The notes beneath the pieces were generated by a model that searched no databases, was not told where the DNA came from, and saw nothing but the letters and a program-made list of their open reading frames with translations. Made by a program: the position numbers and the translations under genes. DNA of 64,000 bases from Phoronis australis (Eukaryota > Animalia > Phoronida). The stretch lies in contig NMRA01000643.1 of NCBI GenBank assembly GCA_002633005.1, forward strand, positions 1 through 64,000. Reading direction: 5' to 3'. Below, piece by piece: positions 1 through 12,269 of the stretch. Numbering within the stretch: position 1 is the stretch's first letter; each line of letters begins with the position of its first letter.

Positions 1-429
1 CGTAGATCCACCACTGGGTACGTTGTGGCATTTCTACGGATTTTGTAGCTTTGGTACAAAGCTGTATATTAATTAAATATACGACAGTCTGTTTACAGCT
101 AGCTGGCTGGCTACGGATTCTGTAGCATGGATAGGTTCACGTGTTGCTGGGACAGTCGTCGTTGCTGCTCGTGTAATACTGTCGCCGATAGTATCGGGTG
201 CTGTCATGGCCAATGACAACAATGTTTTGTATTGGCGAGGAATCGTTGACTGAGTTTCAGACGATATAATATATCGAAATTGAAAACTGAGACAGTCCGG
301 CCTGTTCCAGATGTTACGATTGGTTGTTGCACATAGAGGGGTATTTACGCTGCTACAGTTTGACTTATCGCAAGCTCCGCCCCTTTCTGAATGCCACGTG
401 ATACCCGACAAAAAACAAGAGGTCAGAGG

Positions 430-690
430 CCAATGCAGTGTCTCTGAACGAGGTTCCTGGTAGAATAGACGAGTTTTTCTTGGACTACATCAAAACCCTA
501 AGACAACGATAACAAGCCATGCACTTCAGCAGAGAGTCGTACGTTCACGACGTGAGATTTCACAAGGGTGACAATGGATTTATAAACGTTCGGGGTAAAG
601 TTTTTAAGAGCCAAAGAAAGTCCGAAGATCCACACACCGTACACATGCAGCTGACAAGGCCACTGATGCAATATGTTCGTGTACAGCTGG
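430..690 (+). pseudogene. Decayed SWIM zinc-finger exon of an ISL2EU-type (SWIM/YqaJ) transposon accessory gene
   Basis: Translates as ...MHFSRESYVHDVRFHKGDNGFINVRGKVFKSQRKSEDPHTVHM, then after a frameshift near 648 as ADKATDAICSCTAG, ending at a GG|GTATGT donor (691). K-S-Q-R-K...H...A-x-C-S-C-x-A-G is the typical lead-in to the SWIM finger of these transposon proteins. An in-frame stop lies upstream. No element termini were identified. Confidence 0.6.
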
Positions 691-1025
691 GTATGTACGT
701 TAATGTCGTGTTTATCTATATTATGCCATAGATTTCATAACATTTTGAATAAGTTGGGGAAGATTCACATATATTTTCATTCTGTCGTCTGCTAAATTCC
801 GCCAAATGAAAAGTAGGTCATAACATGAGATTCCCAACGTTTAAGTAGGTCTTGTCGATAGCAATGTTCACGCTTTACTAATCTTCGAGCGAAATAATTT
901 GATTAAAGAAAACAGTCACGTCTCAGGTGCTCACTCATCCATGGTGTCCGAAGGCAAGCGGTAGGATTTTGTTCAAGTCAAATTAATAAATTAATGGACG
1001 GAACTGGCCATACTTGTTAACATAA

Positions 1026-1318
1026 CAGTGGCAGATCTAGGTCATTACCATAAAGGGGGGCCCTCGGGGAAATTGGCAAAGTGCACTCGTATGTGCACAG
1101 GCGGCCCGAAAGTTAGGGGGCCCAAGATGTTCACCTTCCGTTCGGTAGAGCGTGAAACGTGATTCTGCGTCTGAGCCCCCTTCTCATCCGCCATGGGTCC
1201 TAGTTCCTGAACTCAATGTTTCCTCACGCTTCACGCTGTTTGCTGTTTCATTTTGCTTACGGCAGCTAGCCAAGGGGGTGGAAGGCCAGGGTCCTCTGCC
1301 CCCCTAAATCCGCCTATG
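1026..1318. mobile_element. Non-autonomous DNA transposon (MITE), CAGTGGCGGAT...ATCCGCC(A/T)(C/A)TG family
   Basis: Starts CAGTGGCAGATCTAGG and ends CCCCTAAATCCGCCTATG, with G-run/C-run subterminal segments. Flanked by CATAA (1021-1025) and CATGA (1319-1323). Confidence 0.7.
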
Positions 1319-1993
1319 CATGAGAGTGGTGTGAGTAAAACAGTTATTTACATCTTGTTCCTTGAAGCTGAACTAAGTGTGTGAAGTCTTCCCATTAAAC
1401 AGTTACATTTCGACATGGTCTCTCAAACATTGATTAGGCTAACTGTGTACACTGTGCAACCAAAGAGTCAAAACTAAGGAATTGCTGTATTCAATCCAAA
1501 ATCGGGAATTTATGTGGCTAATGCCAACCTGCCCCTCCCCATGAAATCCACTATAAATACTGACCAATGCCCAGTGCTGTTGTTTTTCCATATTCACAAC
1601 TATTTAGTCATTACCAATCATCAGGGATGAAATAATACTTCAATGTTGTTTACAATATTCTTTGCTGTGATCTCACAGGCAACAAGGTTAGGTGTCTAAT
1701 ATCATGGCCTTGGATATTTGGGGGGAGGTGATTCACATTCTTAGCCTGCATAGATGCTTAGCCATTATATTAATGGTTTATTGATTCCCATTACATTTGC
1801 AATTTTTAATGAAATATGACAAAATTTGATGTGAATAATGTTGGGTGTTGCTATAAGAGCTACATCACCAAATAATAGCCTTGATTTGATAAAGCAACGC
1901 ATACTTGCAAATTCAAATACAATTTATCTGATGAACAGGGTTAATATTAGTAGTTTAATCCGTTATGATGAGAATTACTACCATCCCCTTTAA

Positions 1994-2093
1994 AAGAATA
2001 TGCAATGAAGGACTGTGAAAGATTTGACCGATCACCTGTCATGAACGTGTCATAAAAAATCAGTCATGTTCTTTTCACTGATTATGCATTCTT
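1994..2093. mobile_element. ~100-bp TTAA-flanked palindromic MITE (Kolobok-like)
   Basis: TTAA(1990-1993)|AAGAATATGCAAT...ATTATGCATTCTT|TTAA(2094-2097), with further internal inverted matches (GTGAAAGA vs TCTTTTCAC). Confidence 0.55.
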
Positions 2094-2330
2094 TTAAAGA
2101 GGAAATTGCAAGGTCCAAACTAATCTGAACAACAATGTGGTTTAAATTCTAATTTATAATTATCATTGCTATATTCTTAACATTAACTGAATTGTACGCC
2201 GCTATACAAAGTTATTTACATATTAAGTGCTGTGGTGTTGTAACGCCATCGTTGTAACGGAGAATAGAAACGGCGCCATTTTCGTTCGTTACACATCTGT
2301 GACGTGGTGTTGGGGAACACAAAGGAAGCA

Positions 2331-4281
2331 ATGTGTGTCCAAGTGAGTTCAGCAGCGTAGACGAGGAATACTTTGAACGATACAGGGACGGAGAGGTGGA
2401 CTTCTCAGATGATTCCGACCTTTCGGACGTGGAGGTAGAGGTGACAGATCCCAGAGGAACAATATGTGTTCACAGCTTTTCTGTAGTGGAGCCGTTCTCC
2501 CTCGATCCCTTTCACGGCCCTTTCTCTGGTCGCCGAAGACTCACTCCCAGCGGGTTCGTCCTGTGAACGTCAACAGGCTGAAGGTGCGCAGGAGTTGCGA
2601 TTAGATGTTAGTGATTGGTAAGAATATTATCAATATGCATCCTACAACCGCGAATTATAACTTGGTCTTTTTTAATTCAAAAGTAGATGCTTTACCAGTC
2701 AGTCCCAGGCGCCCATATCCCCCTTGGTGAATCGTGTTTCAGCCGTGCATAAATACCAGTTTCAGTGATAAAACTGGGAGTTTTTGCATTTTAGCAAGTC
2801 ACTCAAAAAGTGTTAGGTCTCTGATTATTTGTAGACAGTGTGGCTCAGTGGTTTGAGCTCGTGAGACTCAGGTTCGAATCCTGGGTTTCACTGGCATGCA
2901 ATTGAGCATTGAACAAAATTGTCTCTTAATTCTCCGAGACTGAACGGGGTGTTACTAGTGAGTGAATAAACGTATGCAAGGGAATGAATGAGAACCACTT
3001 TGGAATAATCGACTGTGAATTGTAAAGAAGAGGATGAAAGAATTACAATTTTATAATTTAGACTTTCTCACCTTGGTACTGGGGGAGGGCACAATTCTAT
3101 AGGTTATAGAACCAGTCATTTCATTTTCGTACTCAAGTCAACTCGGACGTATATCAATCTACACATGTGTTCCGAAACAGTTTTATTTTGTAAGGCGATG
3201 CTTGAAATGGAAACAACCATTTCATGTCGATGTACATTGATCCAATGTTGCCATTATTTATAAATGAAATATGGTACATGGCTTGGTTACGAGTCGACTT
3301 GGGTAGGAACCGCCTGGTAAAGTTTCTACAGAGTAAAGAGAGCATACCATTGGATTGGTGATTGCCCATATAGCATATCAAGAAGTTTTAATGTATACTG
3401 TAATATTTAAACTATGCGGACCCTTTGAGTGGCAACACTGCTTTTCAAGTTGGTTTGCCCCATTGACATTGTCTAGTTTGATTAATGGTATGTGGGTGCC
3501 GATAGGATTCAGATTGGGAGAACAGGTCTCACGACTACATACAAAACAGTCCCCTCCATCAATGAATCAGGGCAACTACCTTTTGTCTTAGGGTCAGCTA
3601 AAAAATCAAACAACTAATGTCCATTACTATATCCCCCGGGCATGATCTACCACTGCCTTGGGTGCAGCACTATTCATTTGTATGAAAAGTAAATATCTTT
3701 ACTATATATGATCAATTTGTACAAAAAATAAATAGGTTGTGATGTTCCAACCAATTTTCCTGAAAACTGAAGTCGTATGCAGACCCCTCAATTTGGTAGA
3801 GGCACTCTTGGTAAATTTTTCAATTCGAAATTTTGATGTTTACTGAAATAATGTATTATTGTTGACACATCTTGCAGGTGCACCTGGGGCAACTGTCAGA
3901 CAACCTCAGTTGTTGAAGAAAGAGTATGTTGCCAAGAGGTTGACAAGGTTGTTGCAAAACTTGATGAAGAAATGAAGCGTGACAACTAACACAGAAGAAA
4001 AAATGTATTGTGGAGCATGGGGGTTTAAACCTGTATACATCAATCGTGGTGTTTTGGAGACTGCATGGTTGCAGTACAAAAGCCAATATCCTGATGGCTA
4101 TGACAGACCCTTGGATAAAAGGATTTGACACGTGGCCTACAGACAGTTCCAAAGATGGGTACACGGTCACTTAGGACGAACAGTCCGTGTTGTCATTCCA
4201 GCATGCGCAGTAGCCTGCATCAGAGCTTTCTACCCTCCGCCAGGAAATGAGGAAGACTTTGAGTTCCAAGGATTTTCTTAA
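2331..4281 (+). pseudogene. Two-exon P2X7-ballast/nanor-like Cys-rich gene (KolX-type accessory gene), disrupted
   Basis: Exon 1 (~2331-2617) is acidic, contains VEPFSLDP, and ends RLDVSD-TG|GTAAGA. Exon 2 (3878-4281) follows TTGCAG| and completes the Trp codon: WCTWGNCQTTSVVEERVCCQEVDKV...KCIVEH...INRGVLETAWLQY...*HVAYRQFQRWVHGHLGRTVRVVIPACAVACIRAFYP...FQGFS*. Stops at 3987 and 4126, plus frameshifts. Confidence 0.85.
2835..2990 (+). mobile_element. tRNA-derived SINE remnant
   Basis: A-box-like TGGCTCAGTGG and B-box GGTTCGAATCC with too little sequence between them for a cloverleaf. It lies in the intron of the accessory gene. Confidence 0.55.
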
Positions 4282-4833
4282 AAGTTTCACCCATTTATAG
4301 ATATCAACAGTTGTCTTAGCCCTGGAATGCCAACTCCTCCACATGACCTATGTATTCTGTTATAAAAACTTGTGACTCGGGGACTAGTTTTATGTAATTC
4401 AAACGAGTTGCAAAAAGTTGTAGTGACAAATTCCATAGAAAGATCAAACATCGTAATAAACGAATGCAATCGCAGTGCAACCTCAGCGGCATGAAATTGA
4501 AGTTGACATTCCATGAATAGACTTCTGTGGTTTCAGAATGGTAAATAATTGACACAGCGAGCAGCATTTATTGATGCTCATCAATCTGGTTACTTATGAT
4601 AACATGGTCACGACAAGTGTAATTTAACTAGGACTACATTATAAACCTCTAAACTCAACATCAGTTAAACTTATGGTTTACCTAGGTAAACAGAGGAATT
4701 TGTCTCATTGGAGCCCAGTTTGTGTGCTTGAAGCGAACACATTGAACAGTATGGCTGTTACATAAAAAAATAAAAGTTTTGAATCTGGGCCATAGTCTGA
4801 AGTCGAGACTGAATCTTCTGCCCTCTTCTTATA

Positions 4834-4973
4834 CAGTAGAACTCTCTAAATTGGTAGCGCTTCAGTGGGAACTTTAGAAAGGTTAGCATTAATTCCGCAG
4901 TAACGCCTCCAAATAACTCTAACTTTGATGAAATATCTCAGTCTCACTGGATACAACTTAGCGAGTTCTACTG
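4834..4973. mobile_element. Tc1/mariner (pogo/Tigger-like) MITE
   Basis: TA|CAGTAGAACTCTCTAA...TTAGCGAGTTCTACTG|TA; 15/16 TIR match with TA flanks. Confidence 0.8.
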
Positions 4974-5382
4974 TAATTCAATGAGAAATCAAATAACACG
5001 ACACAGCAACCACTGAATCTCAACCCAAAAGCTCCAGTATGCAATAGCTTTAGATGTCTATGACATGGTGTGAAAACACAAAAAGTATGCACATGAGTAG
5101 GAATTGGGAAATCTGGAGGGAGTGCTTATACCACTCACTCAAAAATTCCCAAGACAATGTTCGAATTCTGTGCAAGTGATTATTCTGTGTACAATTTAGA
5201 TGAGATTGTCGCACGAAAAGACTGACGACCCAAACAAGTACCTTTTCACCCCCACTTAAGAAAGTCTTCCTTTACCGACCCACTGTATGGGACAGCAACC
5301 GTTTAGTGCAAATCAAATATACTTAAAAAAGCTATGCCGCAATATTTATAGTCATTGTATTGAAGAACCATTGAAATGTTTC

Positions 5383-5532
5383 CAGGTGCGGATCCAGGAT
5401 TTTGAGTTAGGGGGGCCAGGGCACGGTATTAGCCAGGATTTTGCCCGTCAGACATTCGCATCCCCAAACAGTCAAATGGAATCTGGGAGAATTTTAGGGG
5501 GGGGGCATGGCCCCCCTTTAAATCTGCCACTA
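5383..5532. mobile_element. MITE of the same family as 1026-1318
   Basis: CAGGTGCGGATCCAGG...CCCCTTAAATCTGCCACTA with GTTTC on both sides (5378-5382 and 5533-5537). Confidence 0.7.
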
Positions 5533-5739
5533 GTTTCAATATAAGAACATAGTATATCACTGGGTTTATCTATACAAATGGAACAGCCAAATACCACACA
5601 CAAAAGCTTTTCACAATTTCCACTACTGGTACTATAAACACTCTGGCATTGGTATCTGTACCACTATCAAAAATTCGATCTAAAGCATTAGTAATGACTG
5701 TTAAATATGTGACGAAAAGAAATTCCAGTGCTGTCCATT

Positions 5740-6574
5740 GACGAAGCACCAAGTCTAAATTTATCTGTGCCACGGCATCCTCCTTGGACACATCTGGAGC
5801 ACCAGCAGTCGGCATTGGAGGGGCATCAATTTCTAAGCGAATTTCAAGATCTCCAGCTTCTCTTTTGTTCCGCACATACTCTGAAAAGCAAAACAGCGGC
5901 AATTCAAAAGTAAAAAAAAACATTTTGAATCCAGAGTTGTCCATGATTAAAGTAAAACACGATGATATCTAATTGCAAGTTTTCGCCTTCTTTTCTAACC
6001 TTCAAGCAAATGCCAAAACTAGATTTCAATCCTGTTTTTTTTGAAACAGACTACTTCAATAATCAAAACCTTGGAATTGAGTTACCATCCTGTTTTACCT
6101 TTATTCATAGTCTGCATTCTTTTCAAAATACATGCATCTTTTGAGATCGGCTTTATTTGTTGTGGTTTTTAATTTTACTGATCCATTTATAACTATATCT
6201 TTCACGGAAAAACAACAGATTTTAAACACTTGAGAACTACGGTGATTGTGAAAAAAGATTGTCATTGTTCAGGCCCTGCGAAAGCGTCATGAATTATTAG
6301 ACATCAAAATTCTCAAGGTAACTTACCTTTTTATAGGACCAGCTTCAACCTTCATGATGTGTTTGTCGTCAAAGCAGCCGTCCTCAAAATGGTCGGAGCA
6401 TATTTCGGCTCCGACAGATGGCTAACTCGACAGTCATTTTCAAAAGACGAGGAGAGCACACGAAAACCTGCCATTACGCAGCCAGATGCTTGTCTTTATA
6501 GAATTTTAATGGGTTCATGCCTTCCACCTGGGTGGTGTTAAAATAGTTAGCACACACACACACCGATGCACCAT
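5740..6574 (-). pseudogene. THAP-domain transposase remnant (N-terminal THAP exon plus C-terminal exon; catalytic core not found)
   Basis: 6574-6327 reads MVHRCV(C)AN..NTT..G...KF.KD..LA.*W.VFV...PSVGAEICSDHFEDGCFD and ends AAG|GTAAGT, showing the THAP C...W...CxxHF signature with frameshifts. 5880-~5740 follows TTTTCAG| and reads YVRNKREAGDLEIRLEIDAPPMPTAGAPDVSKEDAVAQ, resembling the Pro-rich P-x-K-E-x-x-V tail of such transposases. No DDE region is recognisable between them. Confidence 0.75.
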
Positions 6575-7563
6575 GGCTAAAACATGCCAAGGTTGAACGG
6601 TCTTTGTTCTTCGTGTACTGTGATATAATAGCAGTGAACTGCATTGTGGGATATGGTCTGGTTTGTGTTCCCCAACACCATGTCACGGTGTCAAAGGTCA
6701 ACTTTTCGCGCATTTTCTTATTTTCGCTTTTTTTAAATAACTAAAGATACAATAATACGATGATTTGAATAAAATACATCCAAATAGCAATACCTTGAAG
6801 ATATTATTGCAATTTAACATACTTGGACCTTGCAAATTACACTTTAAGTTTGAGCAGTGTTTTTCAAAGGACCACATGCTTGGAATTTCTTAGCTTTATG
6901 GAAGAGCATCTAAACATGCAATGACAAACAGATTATGCATGCAAGAATTAATGTTATGAAAAGTCCTTTGTACTTTGGTGAGAGGAAAATGCAATCTCTG
7001 TTACAAACAGTTGCATTTTTAAATGCAACTGTTTGTGTTAAAACACAACCTTTAATTTCAGGCCATATGGTCAGTGTGCTCATGTGTTGGCTGTAGTGAT
7101 GTCTATTAGGGACTGGAAGCTGGAGGGACTTTGTGAGGTGCCAAGTCAGCAAGCCTGCACAAGCCTGCCACAGCAGGGGGACAAGCCACGTGGCCACAAG
7201 GTGTAGGCTGAGCCCGACAGTACCCCAAATGATAATTTCAAAGCCAGGAAACAAAGATCGCAAACGAAGACCAGTGGTGGCTGTGTTTACTGACAATAGG
7301 TATATATTAGAATGCGCGAACATAATTAAACTACACTTTCATCACAGGAGTGATTAGGTCCTTCACAAAATCCTGAATTAAATTCCGGCTAACTCTTTCA
7401 ACAACACGGACTTGCTGTTACTTAGCAACCTCAATTTTGTCAAATCTTACTTTTTGTTTCATTAATATTGTGAATGCAGCACACTACAATAGTCAACTGA
7501 TCATTAATGTTTTATTTGATTGACAGTAGATAATTTTTAACTTCAACAAAATACTGAGCTTAA

Positions 7564-8252
7564 AGGAGAGTGCCACCCAAAAACAACCTATTTTGTGTCA
7601 ATTTATATCGAGTAGTTCTCGATAACGGCACGTTCGGTTGCGTTACCTGACACCTTACGGCAGACGGAGGTCTTGAAATTACCCAATGATGTCATTGGTT
7701 TCACGCGCAGTCTGTTCAGCAGTTCACAACAGGGTGTCAGCTTATCGCTTGAATTCATCGTTTAACACCAATAAATCATCAAACTTCGATGTAAAACCCT
7801 TAAAAATACACCAAGTTCTAATAAAAACGTGTTGTTTTATTTCGGTGTAACGGATTTATTATTTTGGGCACCGGCCGTCACAAGATCGGTAGACCAATTT
7901 ACAATGGGCCGTAGCAGGAGTTTGGGATCTCAGTGTTCGGAGATAAATTCGAAGTATTCTTACAGACAGGAGAACGTAGATCTGTGTTGTTTAGACTTTT
8001 GATTTTTTTAGTTCTAAACACACAAAACGCTTGTTATCCCGGCAAGTGGCTCGGAACCCGATGAGGCTCGTAGCGGCCGCCGGGACTAGCACCAACATAA
8101 ACCAGATTGAGTTGGAAACTAAACCTCTAGTCACGAAAAGACTATAATAGTGAGCCGCAGAAATAATGTGCACGTAATTATTTAATATGTGAATTAGCCA
8201 CGAAACTGAAAATCTTCTTACTTGTTGGGGGCCGCGAAGTCGGGATCCCCTT
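7564..8252. mobile_element. Possible non-autonomous Kolobok-type element
   Basis: Begins TTAA|AGGAGAGTGCC and has a GGGATCCCCTT candidate right end. The TIR match is weak and there is no intact right TTAA. Confidence 0.3.
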
Positions 8253-8610
8253 CCAAAGACCGTCAGGGCAAAGTTTGTACAGTAACAATGATTTGAATAA
8301 TGTAATTGTATTTCTAAATAAAGATTCCCCTAACACATGTGACCATAGCATATAAAATCGAGTAATTGTTTCACAACAGCTTTCTGCCAGCAAACACTGA
8401 TTTAGCATGTGCGCTCACACGGCCTAGGTGCCCGGCCAGTACCTTTATTGCCGGCATCAAAAGCCGGTAACGCAGTGGTTTATTAGTTGCTGGCTTCTCA
8501 ACACTTGGACTCATGCACGAATACTGCAAAGANGCTGATGACGCAACACTTCAGGTAGTACCTTACTACCCACAATGCAAGTGACAAGCTCTTAGTTAAC
8601 TTCCTGTTCG

Positions 8611-9277
8611 TTAAGGTGGCACTGTTTAGTTAGGCTGCGGCCGTGGCCAATTTGCACTGCCAAAATATTAAAATTTTGGGGTAGGCCAAGTTTGGGGGCA
8701 TTTTGTAGGTGGGCATTGCATGTAGGCTCAGTGAATGTGGTTTGTTTGTATTTGTGAACATGCTGAGAATGAAAAAAGGCCACTTTCTCGGCTGTAGCTG
8801 CACTCTTCTTCAAGATGGTGACCCCCTGTTGCAATTGTGCATTGCTGTGGAGCAACTGAGAAATTGACCGCGATTTCAGGTAGCCCTCAAACAAGCCAGA
8901 TTTGCAAAAAAACTAGTTGGTTGACAGTACTTTTGTACTACATTTTTGGAATCGGTGGGAAATTTTCTTTCGCAATCTAATGTTGGCTTTAGTCGAGAAT
9001 CGGCAGGGAAGTAGTGATTTTAGGGTGAGAAGTGCCGATTTTGCATTTTTGGCCCTTATTTTTCTTAGTTCAGCTTGGTTTCCACTGGGAGTGAAAGGGT
9101 AAAAAATACAAGAGAGTACAAACTTTCTGTGCTCATCTGTAGGGTTTGTGATGTGGAATGACTCAAAACTTTTCTTTATTTGCATGCAGTTTTTGACAGA
9201 GTGAAGAAAAGGTGAAGAATCCATTGACGTGTGTTCTGATAGGCAAATCCCTATGAGAACTGTTCAGTGCATCCTAA
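8611..9277 (+). repeat. Interspersed repeat, copy 1 (related to 26278-26790)
   Basis: Shares colinear blocks with 26278-26790: TGGCACTGTT, AAATTTTGGG..AGGCCA.GTTTGG, GCGATTTCAGGTAGCCCTCAAACAA.CCAGA, AATCTAATGTTG, ATTTTGCATTTT. Starts TTAAGGTGGCACTG, with a degenerate inverted end CAGTGCATCCTAA. Confidence 0.65.
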
Positions 9278-11137
9278 CCCTTGCCTTTGCCAAGATCCTT
9301 TCTAGAATCTTCCACGAGATGGCTCTGTCGTACAATTTCCTCTGTACACTGTAGCAAGTCTTTATGCATCAACTACTATAGCTCATCTGATTATCTTGCT
9401 GATTTCAGCCCATAATATAACATTCTACTTATTTAGTGATTAGCTAATAAAAACCACATGACCATATCCAATCATACAATTGGCTGTTACAGTTTGTTCC
9501 CAGAATTTTCTAGAATCTCTAGAGTACTTTAACCCCAGAACCCAAAGTTGTAAACACCATCTAAAATAGATTTTGATTCTGATATTCTGACAGTCACAAT
9601 ATGAGACTTGATCCAATACTAGATTCTGAATGACTCACAACTGGTCACGTTCTTCATTTATAATTTTCGAAACAGTCCAGTCATGTGTGCACTGCCAGAC
9701 AGAACCCAATGAAAACTGCGCAATGTCTCCATAACTTCGCCTCTGAGACAAGCGATTGAATCGCAAGAACAAAGCAGGGTTGCTCAAAATATAATTAAGA
9801 AATCTCACCGGATCTCGAGGTCACCTCATCTCGCGTCATTACACTTTTGGTCAATGTATCACGTCATAAGCATAAAAATTAGCTTATTTTCTTACGGGCT
9901 TAATTTAAAGCCACAAATGCCTGGAATCAAATAGCGATATTATTTAATACGATTAGAATTGGAAAATCTTATTTAATCAGACCAATCATAGCTTGAGTTA
10001 CTCACGACGGCACAAAAGTGGAGAAGGAAACCCTTGGAATATGTTAATAATGATACCGGCCCCGGCACCGTTTGCATACATTATTTGCACCGGTCCGGTG
10101 GTGGAGCCGGCACTAGGCCAACACCGGCCGAGAACCGGCCCAGCACCATCTCGGTACATGTGAAATGCTGCCAGCATGATCTGGTAAGATTTCACACGTA
10201 CCGGCCTGGTACTGGGCCGACAGCAGACCAGACCTGGGTTGGTACTAAGCTGGTGCTACTGTGGTGTCACCTTGGTAATTTTGGGTACAAAGCTGGTTCC
10301 AGAACCACTGGACGGGTGCCAGGTAAGTACTAGGGTAATTGTCGATGCAATGTGATCTCGCACTAGGCTATGCCAAAATGTTTTGTTGGGATTTTATTAT
10401 GTTTAACACAAACCTTAATAAATATTTTCACTCACAGCTGTCGAAAACTTCAACATTTCTTTTTGTCGAAAATCGATGAACTTTCTAAAAAGGATTCAGC
10501 TAATTTTCAATCATACCTTGGTGCAATTTTTTGCCTGATTTCCTCTTGAGTTATCGGTATAAAACTTCCACGAAGCCAGACGAATTTTCACAAAAATCGT
10601 AAACTTTTTGCATTACCAACGACGTCAAAATTATTGAGATCTTTCGCGTGTCAAAAATCAGTGGTATACGGTGATGTATATTTGCTTTGATACAAAGTTT
10701 GCTGGAGATCTCCGACTCGTTTTTCAGTTATTGTTTTTATATATCAATGTGCTATTAATTGCCTTACATGATGATCACGCCTTTTGCCAAAGCATGGCAA
10801 AAAGAAAGGTTCTTTCACAGCAAAACAACTGTCAGCATCAATATAAACATGGTAAAAATTGTTTGATATAAATGTTCATGACGAAACCTCAAAAAGTGTT
10901 GTTACATTACCATATCATTTGAAGTAATTTTTGAGTTGCTTTTTAACACAAAAATCATATTAGACCCCCGCCCTATCACCAGTATGTAGAACAGTGTCTG
11001 GCAGTTTCATATGAATATAATCAACCATATCTGAGATATGATGTTCTGAGTTTGACAAAATATGGACATTTTCTAGACTCTTACATAACCTTTACTCACA
11101 AGACAGAAGTTTTGTGCAACGATCCCGCTTTGCTATC

Positions 11138-11171
11138 ATAATAATGATAATAATAATGATAATGATAATGA
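11138..11171. repeat. (ATA/ATG)n microsatellite
   Basis: ataataatgataataataatgataatgataatga. Confidence 0.8.
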
Positions 11172-11667
11172 ACTTTATTTATAGAGGATAAAATACACTA
11201 GATTTAAAAACATGCTTTAGCCAAAGACTAATATACAGCATGGTCCTCTCACAGCAATAAATCAAACGAAATAAATTAAGTTAGATTAAATTTAGTTACA
11301 TTAATTTAATTGAATAATTACACATATCTTTAAAACATTAAAACACCTTTTCTATAATATAATTGCCAGTACATCATACTTTAGGAGTGAGTTACTCAAA
11401 TTAGTCTGATTAAATGGCAATACTTTGCGGCACTTTGCTGAAGTCGTTTTTAGAAATAGTTGTGCGGAGCGTAAAACAAAATTTCTTAATCATTTTTCAG
11501 ACGTCAGCCGGCAACTTGACTAAGAACAGCGTTACTGAAACTCGGTAAACGCCATCACATAAAAATGTGATGTCGTAACCTGTTTTTATGTATTCTTTGG
11601 AAACGACCCACTAGGGGCAATTTACATGTAGGACTTATGAAATGTCCCTTTAAAAATTTGCGAACTC

Positions 11668-11821
11668 CAGTGCTGTAGTGGTAAAATTAGAGGTAAATAG
11701 GCGCCCAATGCCTACCGTACTACCTTGAGCACTGAGCGTAACTTTGTGCGTAGCGCCTACGCACAAACAACAAAAGGTGGTTGGCTGCGCCTACGTGCGC
11801 CTACCTCCCACTACAGCACTG
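11668..11821 (+). mobile_element. hAT-type MITE with 8-bp TSD
   Basis: Perfect 14-bp TIR CAGTGCTGTAGTGG/CCACTACAGCACTG. Exact 8-bp duplication GCGAACTC at 11660-11667 and 11822-11829. Confidence 0.9.
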
Positions 11822-12269
11822 GCGAACTCTGTCATAATCGTTCGCCAAAAGTCAATATCGCTCAGCAATGTATACTCGCCTATAGATTATCAAAATTTGG
11901 CAACGATACGTGACTTGATCATTTTGAGCTAATCCTTGGAAACCAGATCCGGCAACAATAAAGTATCGGGAAACATGAAGAGCGACACGATTAGCTAGCG
12001 GCAGATATATCTGGTATTACCCTAGATTAGCTCCTTTGTGAAGCAGTTTGTTCAATATTTGATAATGGAACTAGTTCCCAAAATTCAGCTCGTCCCCTAT
12101 TTCTACCTGAGCACACAATGGAAGAGAAAATGTATCAAAAACGGACATAACACGATGGAAAATTGATTTTAGACAGGACCAAAACCCGGTTACAAAAACA
12201 ATGACGGTGAGCTCCAAGTAAATTTCTCCGTCAAGATTGAAAATATTTACAGTGTATGTGGCTTAGTGT

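Larger units (their letters stand above)
2098..6843. mobile_element. Kolobok-type DNA transposon, internally deleted and decayed
   Basis: Left end TTAA|AGAGGAAATTGCAAGGTCCAA. The right end, reverse-complemented, is TTAA|AGTGTAATTTGCAAGGTCCAA (18/21 match). TTAA flanks at 2094-2097 and 6844-6847 with AG...CT termini. It encloses convergent THAP-transposase (minus) and Cys-rich accessory gene (plus) remnants. Confidence 0.85.

Noticed and set aside
73-411. 112-aa minus-strand ORF at the window start
   Set aside because: Non-ATG start, Thr/Ala-rich low-information sequence, no recognisable domain.
2835-2895. tRNA gene
   Set aside because: A and B boxes are present but the anticodon arm is truncated and no acceptor stem forms; it fits a SINE head.
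8592-9224. Two ~100-aa minus-strand ORFs
   Set aside because: They lie in an interspersed repeat whose second copy (26.3-26.8 kb) does not preserve the frames.
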